64,000 nucleotides of DNA from a virus (lineage: Duplodnaviria; Caudoviricetes): the IMG/VR virus record IMGVR_UViG_3300021375_000006. The stretch is one strand, 5' to 3'. How positions within the stretch are numbered: the stretch's first letter is position 1; each line of letters opens with the position of its first letter. The translations under genes and the position numbers were made by a program. This document shows, one piece after another, positions 55,904 through 64,000 of the stretch. The notes beneath the pieces were generated by a model. That model was not told the DNA's origin. It was given only the letters and a program-made list of their open reading frames with translations, and ran no database searches.

Positions 55904-57005
55904 TCTCTGCTTCTAGTAACTCGTCTACGTTTAGCTCTCTGTGTTCAGTGCTATAATTGAATATTGGCTGAATCTTCTTTTCAATCTTTTGTAGAATCTC
56001 TTCTGTAAATACTTTGCTAGTAAAGAATTCTGTATTAGGAACTGCTTCGTCTAGGTGTTTACAAATCCAACCCCTTGCCGTAGCCTTAGGTGTTTTAACT
56101 CCCTTTTCAATACTACCTTTTGCAATACCTATTTCTTCCCAATCAATATATTGTTCTAAGCCAACATATCTGTTCATACCTTCGGTAAAATGTAAGTGGA
56201 ACTTAATTGGATGTGGTTTTGCAAATCTATTTTTATTTGGTTTTGCAGTTACAATAATACCAGTCTTTTCACCACCCTCTTTAAGTTGTGCTTTACCTAA
56301 GAATAAAACTATTGAAGCTGCATATTCTGGTCCAGTACCACCACCTGCTACCGTTTGTGAAATAAACGATTGCGTTTGGTATGTGTGATTAGTAAAGATG
56401 AATGGTATTTTAAGATCTGCTAAAGGTGTCATGATAATTCTAAAGATAGACTTTAAGATTTTAGATCTAGTCATATCTGATTTTTCAGAGCCTGATTTAG
56501 CATCTTCAATTTCTTTTGCAGTTGCTAAGTTACCAGCTGAATCTAAGATAATCATTACTTTAGGAGTTTCACCACCAGCTCTTTTTACCTCTTGCATTTT
56601 AGAAGTAATCGTAGTTACTGATTGGCGAAAATCTTGTACTGTATTACATGGTTGGTAATTAACTTTATTAGTATCAATACCAAACTTCTTCATTAGCTCT
56701 CTATCAACTGCTGCTTCTGAATCATAGAAAATAACACTATAACCCATATCAATTGCTCTTGCAATAGAGTTTAAGATTAAATATGTTTTACCAGTTCCTG
56801 AAGGACCTGCAATCGAACATGATCTATTGTTAGGCCATCCACCAAATAATGAACCACTAACACATGCGTTTAAATGATAATTACCAGTATCGATCCATTC
56901 TGTAACTTCACTAAAGCTAGAATGTTCCATAACTGAACCTAGCGGATTAATATCTGCTAATTCTTTATTAATGTCATCAAAACTAAATGATTTCTTTTTT
57001 GCCAT
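55890..57005 (-). CDS. uvsX: RecA-like recombinase (UvsX)
   Basis: AGPSGTGKT, YDSE, ILDSAG, TNHTY, GGGTG..YAAS. Confidence 0.93.
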   Translation of the reverse strand: MAKKKSFSFDDINKELADINPLGSVMEHSSFSEVTEWIDTGNYHLNACVSGSLFGGWPNNRSCSIAGPSGTGKTYLILNSIARAIDMGYSVIFYDSEAAVDRELMKKFGIDTNKVNYQPCNTVQDFRQSVTTITSKMQEVKRAGGETPKVMIILDSAGNLATAKEIEDAKSGSEKSDMTRSKILKSIFRIIMTPLADLKIPFIFTNHTYQTQSFISQTVAGGGTGPEYAASIVLFLGKAQLKEGGEKTGIIVTAKPNKNRFAKPHPIKFHLHFTEGMNRYVGLEQYIDWEEIGIAKGSIEKGVKTPKATARGWICKHLDEAVPNTEFFTSKVFTEEILQKIEKKIQPIFNYSTEHRELNVDELLEAENEVE

Positions 57006-57049
57006 TATATTCTTTTTGTTTATTGTTATATGTGGAAAGACTAAATTGT

Positions 57050-57250
57050 TTAGAGTACGTTATCTTCTCCAAACTCAGCTTTTTCTTTTGCTCTAAGTTT
57101 TTCCAATTCTTCTAAGTAGTATTTAGCCTTTCCGCTTAATACTCTAATTTGATCTTGGACATCAGCAAGTCCATGTAAGATTCTTTGATATTCTCTTACA
57201 TATTCTTGTTGATCTTCTGGTAAGTCTTCTATGTTAATCTTGCTGTCCAT
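57050..57250 (-). CDS. hypothetical coiled-coil protein
   Basis: 66-aa ORF from the track. Confidence 0.65.
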   Translation of the reverse strand: MDSKINIEDLPEDQQEYVREYQRILHGLADVQDQIRVLSGKAKYYLEELEKLRAKEKAEFGEDNVL

Positions 57251-57459
57251 TAGTCCTCTGCTCTCCTCGCCACCTTATCAATATCTGTATCTTCTATTAT
57301 TTCCTCATCTGGAAATTCTATCTTTAATTGATTAGGATTGGCTTGAGTTTTTTTCTGTGCCCAGTAGAACTCTCTTACTTTTTCACCTAATTCCATATCA
57401 TTAGGGTGTTGTTCTGCTAAAGCCATGATTTGTCTAAATTTGTGATATGTTCCGTCCAT
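57250..57459 (-). CDS. small protein, paralogue of 31493..31657
   Basis: MDGTYHKFRQIM...PNDMELGEKVREFY. Confidence 0.7.
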   Translation of the reverse strand: MDGTYHKFRQIMALAEQHPNDMELGEKVREFYWAQKKTQANPNQLKIEFPDEEIIEDTDIDKVARRAED

Positions 57460-57463
57460 AATT

Positions 57464-58672
57464 TTAAAATAATGCTGATGCGTAGATCAGGTTAGTGTCT
57501 AATGTTTGTAGTCCAATTGCTTTTAATACTCTATTAAGTGGATCTATCATACATTTTTCAAATTGTGTATCAAAATCAACTTGTGGTGCAATCTCATAAG
57601 GATGTTCACCGGGTAGATATGCATAAACTTCTGAGATTGGTGTTTTACAGTTGTAAATTTTTAACTTCTCACCATTACCAATTACTTTATACTTATTCTT
57701 ATATTTTTGATTTTGATTTAAAATATAATTATAGTAGCCAGCTGCTTTTACGTTAGCTGGACATTTTAGTCCTACTTGAAATTCAATTTGATCGTCGACA
57801 ATATACTTTTCAATATTATTAGTTCTACGATTAAATGAAATGTCATCGACATCTGCTAGTTGAAATTCTTTTTTAGATGCTTTCATAAATGCAACTAATT
57901 CTTGTAATTCTTCAGCACCGGGGGTTTTTTGTGATTTAAACAAAATCCTAAGTGCTTCTACTAATTTCTCTCTAGCAAATTTTGGAGTTGAGGATTGAAT
58001 AGTATCAAATCCAATAGTCTTTACTTTCTTTAGGGACTTATGTCTATCAGTAACTTCTAGCTTATCATCCCATGCAATGTTTTGAATATACTTTTTCTTA
58101 GACATCCAAATACCATTATATGCTAAAGATTCTAGTTCAAAGAATAAGAAGTTATCTGTGTTTCTAGTATCAGCATACTTCTTCATACATGCTGTAATAT
58201 AATCCTTAAGTCTAAATGCGTAGAATGCTAAGATAAACTCATCAATTGGTAGAGCTTTAGCGTCATCATTCCAAACAATAGTTTCATATAGATCTTGAAA
58301 CTGTACGTAACAAGAATCTGTATCAATATAGATTACTGCAGGCTTTTCAACTTTACCTTTTACTGTTAAGCCGAATTGCTCATGTACTTTAGTATCTTTA
58401 TGCCAAAACTCTTGACAATACTTATTTAAGATAGACTCAGAGTAGAGGATAGCATTTTTACCCTGTTTTGTAATAGACTCTGCAATATCTATATTAAAAA
58501 AGTGAAACCATTTGTTACCGAATGCACCGTAGATAGAGTTAAGAGTTAATTTTACTGCTTGTTCATAGGCAGTATATTTAGCAGACATCTGCTTGTAGTG
58601 GTCTACAAGCAGCCCTGCATCTTCTCTACTAAGTTGATCGATAGGTTTCTCAGTGAGTTTTGTTATATCCAT
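57464..58672 (-). CDS. family-B DNA polymerase, C-terminal half (fingers/palm/thumb)
   Basis: KLTLNSIYG (motif B), YIDTDS (motif C), KKKY. Lacks the exonuclease and motif A. Confidence 0.93.
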   Translation of the reverse strand: MDITKLTEKPIDQLSREDAGLLVDHYKQMSAKYTAYEQAVKLTLNSIYGAFGNKWFHFFNIDIAESITKQGKNAILYSESILNKYCQEFWHKDTKVHEQFGLTVKGKVEKPAVIYIDTDSCYVQFQDLYETIVWNDDAKALPIDEFILAFYAFRLKDYITACMKKYADTRNTDNFLFFELESLAYNGIWMSKKKYIQNIAWDDKLEVTDRHKSLKKVKTIGFDTIQSSTPKFAREKLVEALRILFKSQKTPGAEELQELVAFMKASKKEFQLADVDDISFNRRTNNIEKYIVDDQIEFQVGLKCPANVKAAGYYNYILNQNQKYKNKYKVIGNGEKLKIYNCKTPISEVYAYLPGEHPYEIAPQVDFDTQFEKCMIDPLNRVLKAIGLQTLDTNLIYASALF

Positions 58673-58673
58673 A

Positions 58674-59417
58674 TTAAGCCGTTTGGCAAGTAGATACTGT
58701 TAATAGTGTGTTTGATTCTGTAGATTGGAATACTAGCTTAGAGTCAGTAACGTGTACTTTTTGTTCTTCTCTATCTAATAGGTTTAAGTACTTTTTGTAA
58801 ACTGTTACTGTACCTTCTCCATTAGATTCTGGATTAATTACTGCATTAAATGATTTACCATTTACAGCAACACCTTTACCATTTGCCTTTACGCTAAATG
58901 TTTCTTCACTATCAAGTCCAAATAAGTTCTTTACTTTATTAATAGTATGTGTATCGATATTAAAGCTAAATTTAGTATTATCTACTGCGAAGATAGCGTC
59001 TTGTTGTGCTGGAGTTAAGTCTTTAAAACCTAATGAAGGTTCTGAACAAGCAAGAGTAATTTCTAATTCATCATTGTACATTCTTAAAGATGATGCGATT
59101 AACTCGCCCTCTTGTTCAATAAATTCTAACTCACCTTTAATAGCATCGCTTTCAAAGTGTTTAATAGCATCAATTACTTTTGAACCTTCAAAGAAGGCAA
59201 CTTTCATTTCTGCATCTGTGTCTGGCCATTCGCTTACTTGGAAAATCTTATCACAGGCTACAGAATGTGATTTTACTGCATCTCGTTGTGGAAGATAAAC
59301 CGCTGAGTGGATTTGGCCGTTTTGGATTTTCATATAGACAAAAGAGTCTATAAGCTTTACTCGGTTGATAAACCCAGTTAAAGCGTGTTGGTCAATTCGA
59401 TCAATTTGTAGTTTCAT
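58674..59417 (-). CDS. sliding clamp (gp45-like)
   Basis: 247 aa with a two-domain clamp-like size and pattern, next to the polymerase. TGAAAC-N17-TATAAT at 59441-59469. Confidence 0.65.
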   Translation of the reverse strand: MKLQIDRIDQHALTGFINRVKLIDSFVYMKIQNGQIHSAVYLPQRDAVKSHSVACDKIFQVSEWPDTDAEMKVAFFEGSKVIDAIKHFESDAIKGELEFIEQEGELIASSLRMYNDELEITLACSEPSLGFKDLTPAQQDAIFAVDNTKFSFNIDTHTINKVKNLFGLDSEETFSVKANGKGVAVNGKSFNAVINPESNGEGTVTVYKKYLNLLDREEQKVHVTDSKLVFQSTESNTLLTVSTCQTA

Positions 59418-59470
59418 CTAAATATATTTTTTGTTTGATTATTATACTGGTAAGTAACTAGTTGTTTCAT

Positions 59471-59556
59471 AAAAGTTGAGGCCGGAGAGTAGCGAACTTC
59501 CGGCCTCTTAATCCGAGAACTATCCCGGTCCTAAGACGTGGTCTTCAAACCACACC
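59471..59556 (-). terminator. three consecutive hairpins ending in an intrinsic terminator after nrdA
   Basis: GTGGT/ACCAC, CCGGGA/TCTCGG, then GAGGCCGGA/TCCGGCCTC followed by AACTTTT. Confidence 0.65.
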
Positions 59557-59557
59557 T

Positions 59558-61378
59558 TTATCCGTCACATGCCAGACAATCTGGATCTGTAGCGGCTGCG
59601 GCAATATCGCCTCTTAAAACCGATTCAGTTCGCATGTAATAAAGAGTCTTCACTCCCTCTTTGTAAGCCTCTAAGTGTACTTTATTAATAAACTTAGTAT
59701 CGGCCTCTTTTGGGAATGCTAGATTTAAACTTACAGCCTGGTCAACATATTGTTGTCTAACACCGGCTTGTTTTACTAGATCTAGTTGATTAATTTCTTT
59801 AAATGTCTTAAAGATATTCTTTACTGGAATAAAAAGATCTTTATCTTTCTCTTCTAAATTATCAAATTTAGTCTGAGTAATAATATTATCTTTATCTAAA
59901 ATAGAAGTGGCTAGTTTTACATAGTAGTCTTCAATAAAGTCTAGTCCTTGTACAGAACCTCCGTCTTCTAAAATTTTATCCCAAGTTTTCTTAGAGTTTC
60001 TATTGATTAATTTTAAGAATTGCTCTAATACTGGATTCTTTCTAATAAAAGTACCCTTTGCTGTTTGTTCTGTAAACACGTTAGCAGCCCAAGGCTCAAT
60101 ACCTGCAGATACATTACCTGCTAGTTTTGAGTTGCTTACAGTTGGTGCCACGGCTCTCAGGTGAGTGTTTCTCATTCCTGTATTAACACACCATAGAGGT
60201 TCGCCATATTCATGTGCCATATCTCTAGATGCCTTTTCACTTTCCGTCTTTAACTGAGAAAAAATCTTGCGAGTCTCAAATTGAGCTGATAAGCCTTCAA
60301 ATGGAATACCTCTTTCTTGTAAATAAGTATGCCATCCTAAAACTCCAAGTCCTAGAGCTCTACCCTTTTCTGCAGATCTTACCGAGTTCTCAAACCCTCT
60401 CATGAATTTTGCTTTCTGAATAAATTCATCTAACACTCCATCCAGGAACCAAGTTGCTGTATAAACTAAATCAGTATCTTTCCACTCATCATATTTTGCT
60501 AAGTTAACTGAGGATAAACAACAAACAAAAGAGTGAGACTCATCTGTATGTAGAGTAATTTCAGAACAGATATTAGTCATATAAACTTTTAATCCGTTTT
60601 GCTTATACGCTTCTGGGTTTGCTCTATTAATATTACCTTTGAACATTACATAAGGCTCACCAGTTGCTTTTCTCTTTCTAAGTACTGCAACCCATCTTCT
60701 TCTAGCCTCTTTATCTCCAGCGTCAATCTTTTCCATAAAACCGTCAGGTACTACAACACATTGATGTAGGTTTAAAGATTGTCTATTGACATCTCCTTTT
60801 GGTTCTCTAATTTCTAACCATTCCCAGAAATCACCATGTTCAATATCGATATTGACAGATGCAGCTCCTCTTCTTACTGAACCCTGGTTCGTAGCCAAGA
60901 TTGTTGAGTCATAGATTTTAGTAAATGGAACTACACCATCCGATGTACCATTACCGGTAATCTTACTACCTGCTGGTCTGATTTGATTGATACCAATACC
61001 TACTCCACCACCATGTTTTGCTAATAACATCATCTCTAAGTTTTTAGATCCAATGTCGTGAATAGAGTCTGCTACGTCGATACCAAAACAAGAAATTGGA
61101 AGTCCTCTTTCTAGTCCTGTATTAGATAAAACTGGAGAGGCTAGGTTCAACCAGCCTTTCCAGATATAATCAAAAAATTTGCTTGCTAATTCAGGTTTAC
61201 CTAAACGTCTTGCTACTGTAGTTGAAACTCTCCAGTATGCGTCCTTTGGTTTCTCGTCACCAAATAGGTAACCTGCTGATATTGTTTTAACATAAACTTC
61301 GGTGTTTGCCCAAAGTGGAAAGTCCACTCCCAGTTCCCAACCGAGATGTTCTCCTTGGTTTTTTATTTTGTCTGCCAT
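59558..61378 (-). CDS. nrdA: ribonucleotide reductase class I alpha subunit (no ATP cone)
   Basis: ISCF, TNICSEI, CCLSS, APTVSN, DQAVSLN, TLYY, C-terminal CLAC. Confidence 0.95.
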   Translation of the reverse strand: MADKIKNQGEHLGWELGVDFPLWANTEVYVKTISAGYLFGDEKPKDAYWRVSTTVARRLGKPELASKFFDYIWKGWLNLASPVLSNTGLERGLPISCFGIDVADSIHDIGSKNLEMMLLAKHGGGVGIGINQIRPAGSKITGNGTSDGVVPFTKIYDSTILATNQGSVRRGAASVNIDIEHGDFWEWLEIREPKGDVNRQSLNLHQCVVVPDGFMEKIDAGDKEARRRWVAVLRKRKATGEPYVMFKGNINRANPEAYKQNGLKVYMTNICSEITLHTDESHSFVCCLSSVNLAKYDEWKDTDLVYTATWFLDGVLDEFIQKAKFMRGFENSVRSAEKGRALGLGVLGWHTYLQERGIPFEGLSAQFETRKIFSQLKTESEKASRDMAHEYGEPLWCVNTGMRNTHLRAVAPTVSNSKLAGNVSAGIEPWAANVFTEQTAKGTFIRKNPVLEQFLKLINRNSKKTWDKILEDGGSVQGLDFIEDYYVKLATSILDKDNIITQTKFDNLEEKDKDLFIPVKNIFKTFKEINQLDLVKQAGVRQQYVDQAVSLNLAFPKEADTKFINKVHLEAYKEGVKTLYYMRTESVLRGDIAAAATDPDCLACDG

Positions 61379-61387
61379 AATTTAATT

Positions 61388-62389
61388 TTAGTCGAATAAG
61401 TCGTCTTCGTCCCAGTTTTCACCTTCGCCAGCTTTAGAATAATCTGTAGATCTGATAGCGAAGAAATCTGTGTGGGTATGACCACCAGTTAAGTGGTAGA
61501 ACCAATCCAGTTCTCCAGCAGAATCTTCATCGTAATCGAATGCTGGTTCGTAACCAAGCTCTTGTAACTTTTCGTTAACTCTCTTAGTGATAAAGTTCTT
61601 AAGGTCTTTAGCTTTTAAGTTATCTAGATCTCCTTGTTCGAACATCTTATCGATAAACTTATGCTCTAATTCCTTAATAAGCTCTCCTGCTTTTAATACG
61701 TCGGATTGTACTGATTGTTTCAAGTCTGGGTACTCTTCACACATGTGTCTAAATAATCTACAACCCATTCTAGAGTGTAGAGATTCATCACGTACTGACC
61801 ACTTCATTTGTTGGCCAACACCTTTTAATAAGTTTCTCATTTGGAATGAGTATAAAACTGCAAAAGAACTATAGAGTGAGCAACCCTCTGCAAACGCCGA
61901 AAAAATAGCAAGAGATCTAGCAACCTCTTTTCTAGCGGTCGCATTAAACTTCAAATCTTCGTGAGTATAAGGAGCTGTTGTTTGAGTTAATAGTTCAAAT
62001 TTATCTGCAGTTGCAGGTTCATGTAAAAATGCTTCAAAGTCTTCAAGACCTAATGTCTCGTTTAAGTACGAGTATGCTGTTGCGTGGATAGTTTCCTGCG
62101 AGCCAAACATCATTGCCATCTGTTTGATTTCATGTTTTGGAAACCAAGTTGTAACATATTGAGTCCAGTAATCTGATACAGCACATTCGGTTTGAGCAAA
62201 ACCTAATAGGATATTACCTACTAAGTGTTTTTCGTGAGGTAAAAGATTTTCATTCCAATCTTTAACATCACCCTGCATTGAGATTTCTGTGTGTAACCAA
62301 AAGGCTTGGGCTTGTTTTAGCCAACCTTCTGTATAATATTCTGGATATTCAAATGGTTTAAAGGCAATTCTTTCTGTGAATAATGACAT
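61388..62389 (-). CDS. nrdB: ribonucleotide reductase beta subunit
   Basis: FKPFEYP, FW..EI, ETIH...Y, AEG..LYSSF, RDESLH. Confidence 0.95.
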   Translation of the reverse strand: MSLFTERIAFKPFEYPEYYTEGWLKQAQAFWLHTEISMQGDVKDWNENLLPHEKHLVGNILLGFAQTECAVSDYWTQYVTTWFPKHEIKQMAMMFGSQETIHATAYSYLNETLGLEDFEAFLHEPATADKFELLTQTTAPYTHEDLKFNATARKEVARSLAIFSAFAEGCSLYSSFAVLYSFQMRNLLKGVGQQMKWSVRDESLHSRMGCRLFRHMCEEYPDLKQSVQSDVLKAGELIKELEHKFIDKMFEQGDLDNLKAKDLKNFITKRVNEKLQELGYEPAFDYDEDSAGELDWFYHLTGGHTHTDFFAIRSTDYSKAGEGENWDEDDLFD

Positions 62390-62554
62390 TTGCTAATTCT
62401 TTATTTTTTATGGTTTTCTAATTAATTTAATAAAAGGGTCATTTAGACTAAAAAAGGTCTATCCGACCTCATTTAACCTCTACTTAAACCTAATAAATTA
62501 TTAGCAGCGCTGCTATTAGATTATATATCTTTGCGCTGCAGGAATTTATTGACT

Positions 62555-63961
62555 TTAGAGGTTAAATTTTTTTTCGATTTCATGCGCTTTTTCATAATAT
62601 GTGTAAGAAGTTTTCTTATAGTCTTTTCTTTGGTCATATAGATCTGCTAAAATCTTTTTAAGAATACTATCTTTCTTCTGATATACTACGCCATTCTCAC
62701 AAACAATTACTGATTCATCTTTACGACGCTCAGCTATTTGCGATTCCTCTACCATTTCAACGAATGAATCAGGTGAGATATTAAACTGCCTCATGATGGA
62801 TGGATATAGCGATGCGAAGTCAAATGCACTCACACCACCATAATATCCAACAATTGGTTGTTTAACAAAAGCACCCTCGTACTTACTATCCTTCTTACCA
62901 TCCTCTTTGTCGTATTCTACACCGATACGTTTACCCTGTTCGGTTAGTTTACGAGCCATTAGAGATTCGGTAACAGCCACTGGTGAAGCGGCTTTATATA
63001 GAGGCATTCTAGTTATTGTTGCTAAAGTAAGCAGTACTTCCATCGATCTAAGCTTTTGATCGATATAGTAAACTAGACAGGAGTCAACCACATTATAGAA
63101 AACATACTTTTGAAAGTCGTTTTCATAGAGGTCTTGTAAGCTACCACTATATTGTATTTTACTTATACCCTCAAGGACTGCACCAGAAACAAATGCTAAT
63201 GCATTAGATTCTTTTACTGCAACCGATCTATCATATTTATCGTACAATTGCATGTAGTCCAAAATACCCATGTGAAGTGGGCGAGAGTCTTTTTTATCAA
63301 GAGCACCAGTACAAGCAACTTCTGTTAAATCAATTTGTAAGATTTTACATCTGTTGACAATATACTGCCAGTCATAATTGATAAAATTCCAACCTGTCAT
63401 CATAGGAAATTTAGGTAAAAACTTATGCAAGAAAGCGTAGACCATGTCATATTCATTCTTGAATTTGTAATAACTAAATTCCCAATCAGTATCATACCCA
63501 TTAAAATGAGCATTTGTATCGGATTCAATCTTATTAATTTGATCGGCCGAAAGATCTTTAAGACCCAATACAATTGCTTTTCTTTCTGGAGTAATAATAG
63601 AAAAGGTTAAGATTCTAGACTTAGCCTCTTCAGGTTTCGGGAAGCCATCAACAATCTCTGTCTCAATATCGACAAAGTATGTTCGTGGCATATTGAACTC
63701 AAAGATTTCATCTTGGTCTTTTTGTGGTAGACCATCCATGAAATAAAGAAGTGAAAACTTATTAAAAGATCTAGAGATAGACTTCTTAACATGGCGACCA
63801 TCCCAGTTTCTAGCTGTTGCGTCTTTCCATCTATCGTTATCTTTAGCTACAACCCAGTTTTGAAACTTGTCAATGTTGTATCTTTTAAAGGCAACTTCAC
63901 CCTGTTTATCGTAATATGATACGATTACTTCTTTCTCTTTTTGTTCAATATCTAATAGCAT
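62555..63961 (-). CDS. family-B DNA polymerase, N-terminal half (3'-5' exonuclease + motif A)
   Basis: DIET (ExoI), GWNFINYD (ExoII), YNVVD (ExoIII), DFASLYPS (motif A). Ends in the fingers helix. Confidence 0.93.
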   Translation of the reverse strand: MLLDIEQKEKEVIVSYYDKQGEVAFKRYNIDKFQNWVVAKDNDRWKDATARNWDGRHVKKSISRSFNKFSLLYFMDGLPQKDQDEIFEFNMPRTYFVDIETEIVDGFPKPEEAKSRILTFSIITPERKAIVLGLKDLSADQINKIESDTNAHFNGYDTDWEFSYYKFKNEYDMVYAFLHKFLPKFPMMTGWNFINYDWQYIVNRCKILQIDLTEVACTGALDKKDSRPLHMGILDYMQLYDKYDRSVAVKESNALAFVSGAVLEGISKIQYSGSLQDLYENDFQKYVFYNVVDSCLVYYIDQKLRSMEVLLTLATITRMPLYKAASPVAVTESLMARKLTEQGKRIGVEYDKEDGKKDSKYEGAFVKQPIVGYYGGVSAFDFASLYPSIMRQFNISPDSFVEMVEESQIAERRKDESVIVCENGVVYQKKDSILKKILADLYDQRKDYKKTSYTYYEKAHEIEKKFNL

Positions 63962-64000
63962 TAATATCCTCGGTTTTGACGGTCATGGTTTTCTGCATTC
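63961..64000 (-). CDS. 3' end of a probable dCTPase/dimeric dUTPase (gp56-like), partial
   Basis: ...NAENHDRQNRGY* resembles the C-terminal KNxENxxRQ..GY motif of this family. Confidence 0.5.
   Translation of the reverse strand, partial: NAENHDRQNRGY

Noticed and set aside
28937-62389. Core T4-like genes as novelty
   Set aside because: Terminase, portal, capsid, gp46/47, helicase, UvsX and NrdAB are expected for this phage group.
1-64000. Stop-codon reassignment (alternative genetic code) as in some large phages
   Set aside because: Core genes are full length and tile densely in code 11. TAG and TGA act as normal stops, and no suppressor tRNA is seen.
1-64000. CRISPR array, integrase, transposase, inteins or homing endonucleases
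   Set aside because: No regularly spaced repeat-spacer array. Terminase, NrdA, helicase and polymerase halves have normal lengths without intein motifs. The gp4 TnsA-like nuclease is a core head-completion gene.

Overview
A 64-kb segment of a large T4-like (myovirus-type) dsDNA phage genome, almost entirely coded on the minus strand in standard code 11. The host is very probably a Bacteroidota: there is a T9SS type-B sorting domain, four signal peptides follow the Gln rule, and TAnnTTTG-type promoters recur. From about 20 kb to 64 kb lies the T4-like core: tape measure, tail chaperone pair, tube, sheath, terminase, neck, clamp loader, major capsid, protease-scaffold fusion, portal, gp2, gp4, gp55, gp15, gp46/47, helicase, UvsX, a split family-B polymerase, clamp and NrdA/B. 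From 1 to 20 kb is an accessory region. It holds a late-promoter-driven cluster of secreted cohesin/dockerin/PA14/T9SS proteins, glyco-modification enzymes, two DUF2589-like paralogues, PspC, MgsA, IMPDH/GMPR, Gmk, an ECF-like sigma and Fpg/Nei. Its tRNA array (Pro, Asp, Arg, Leu; Ser lies separately) is interleaved with four non-canonical structured RNAs. Three promoter classes can be read from the sequence and suggest a host-sigma -> phage ECF sigma -> gp55 cascade. All family assignments come from motif recognition by eye; no database searches were run.
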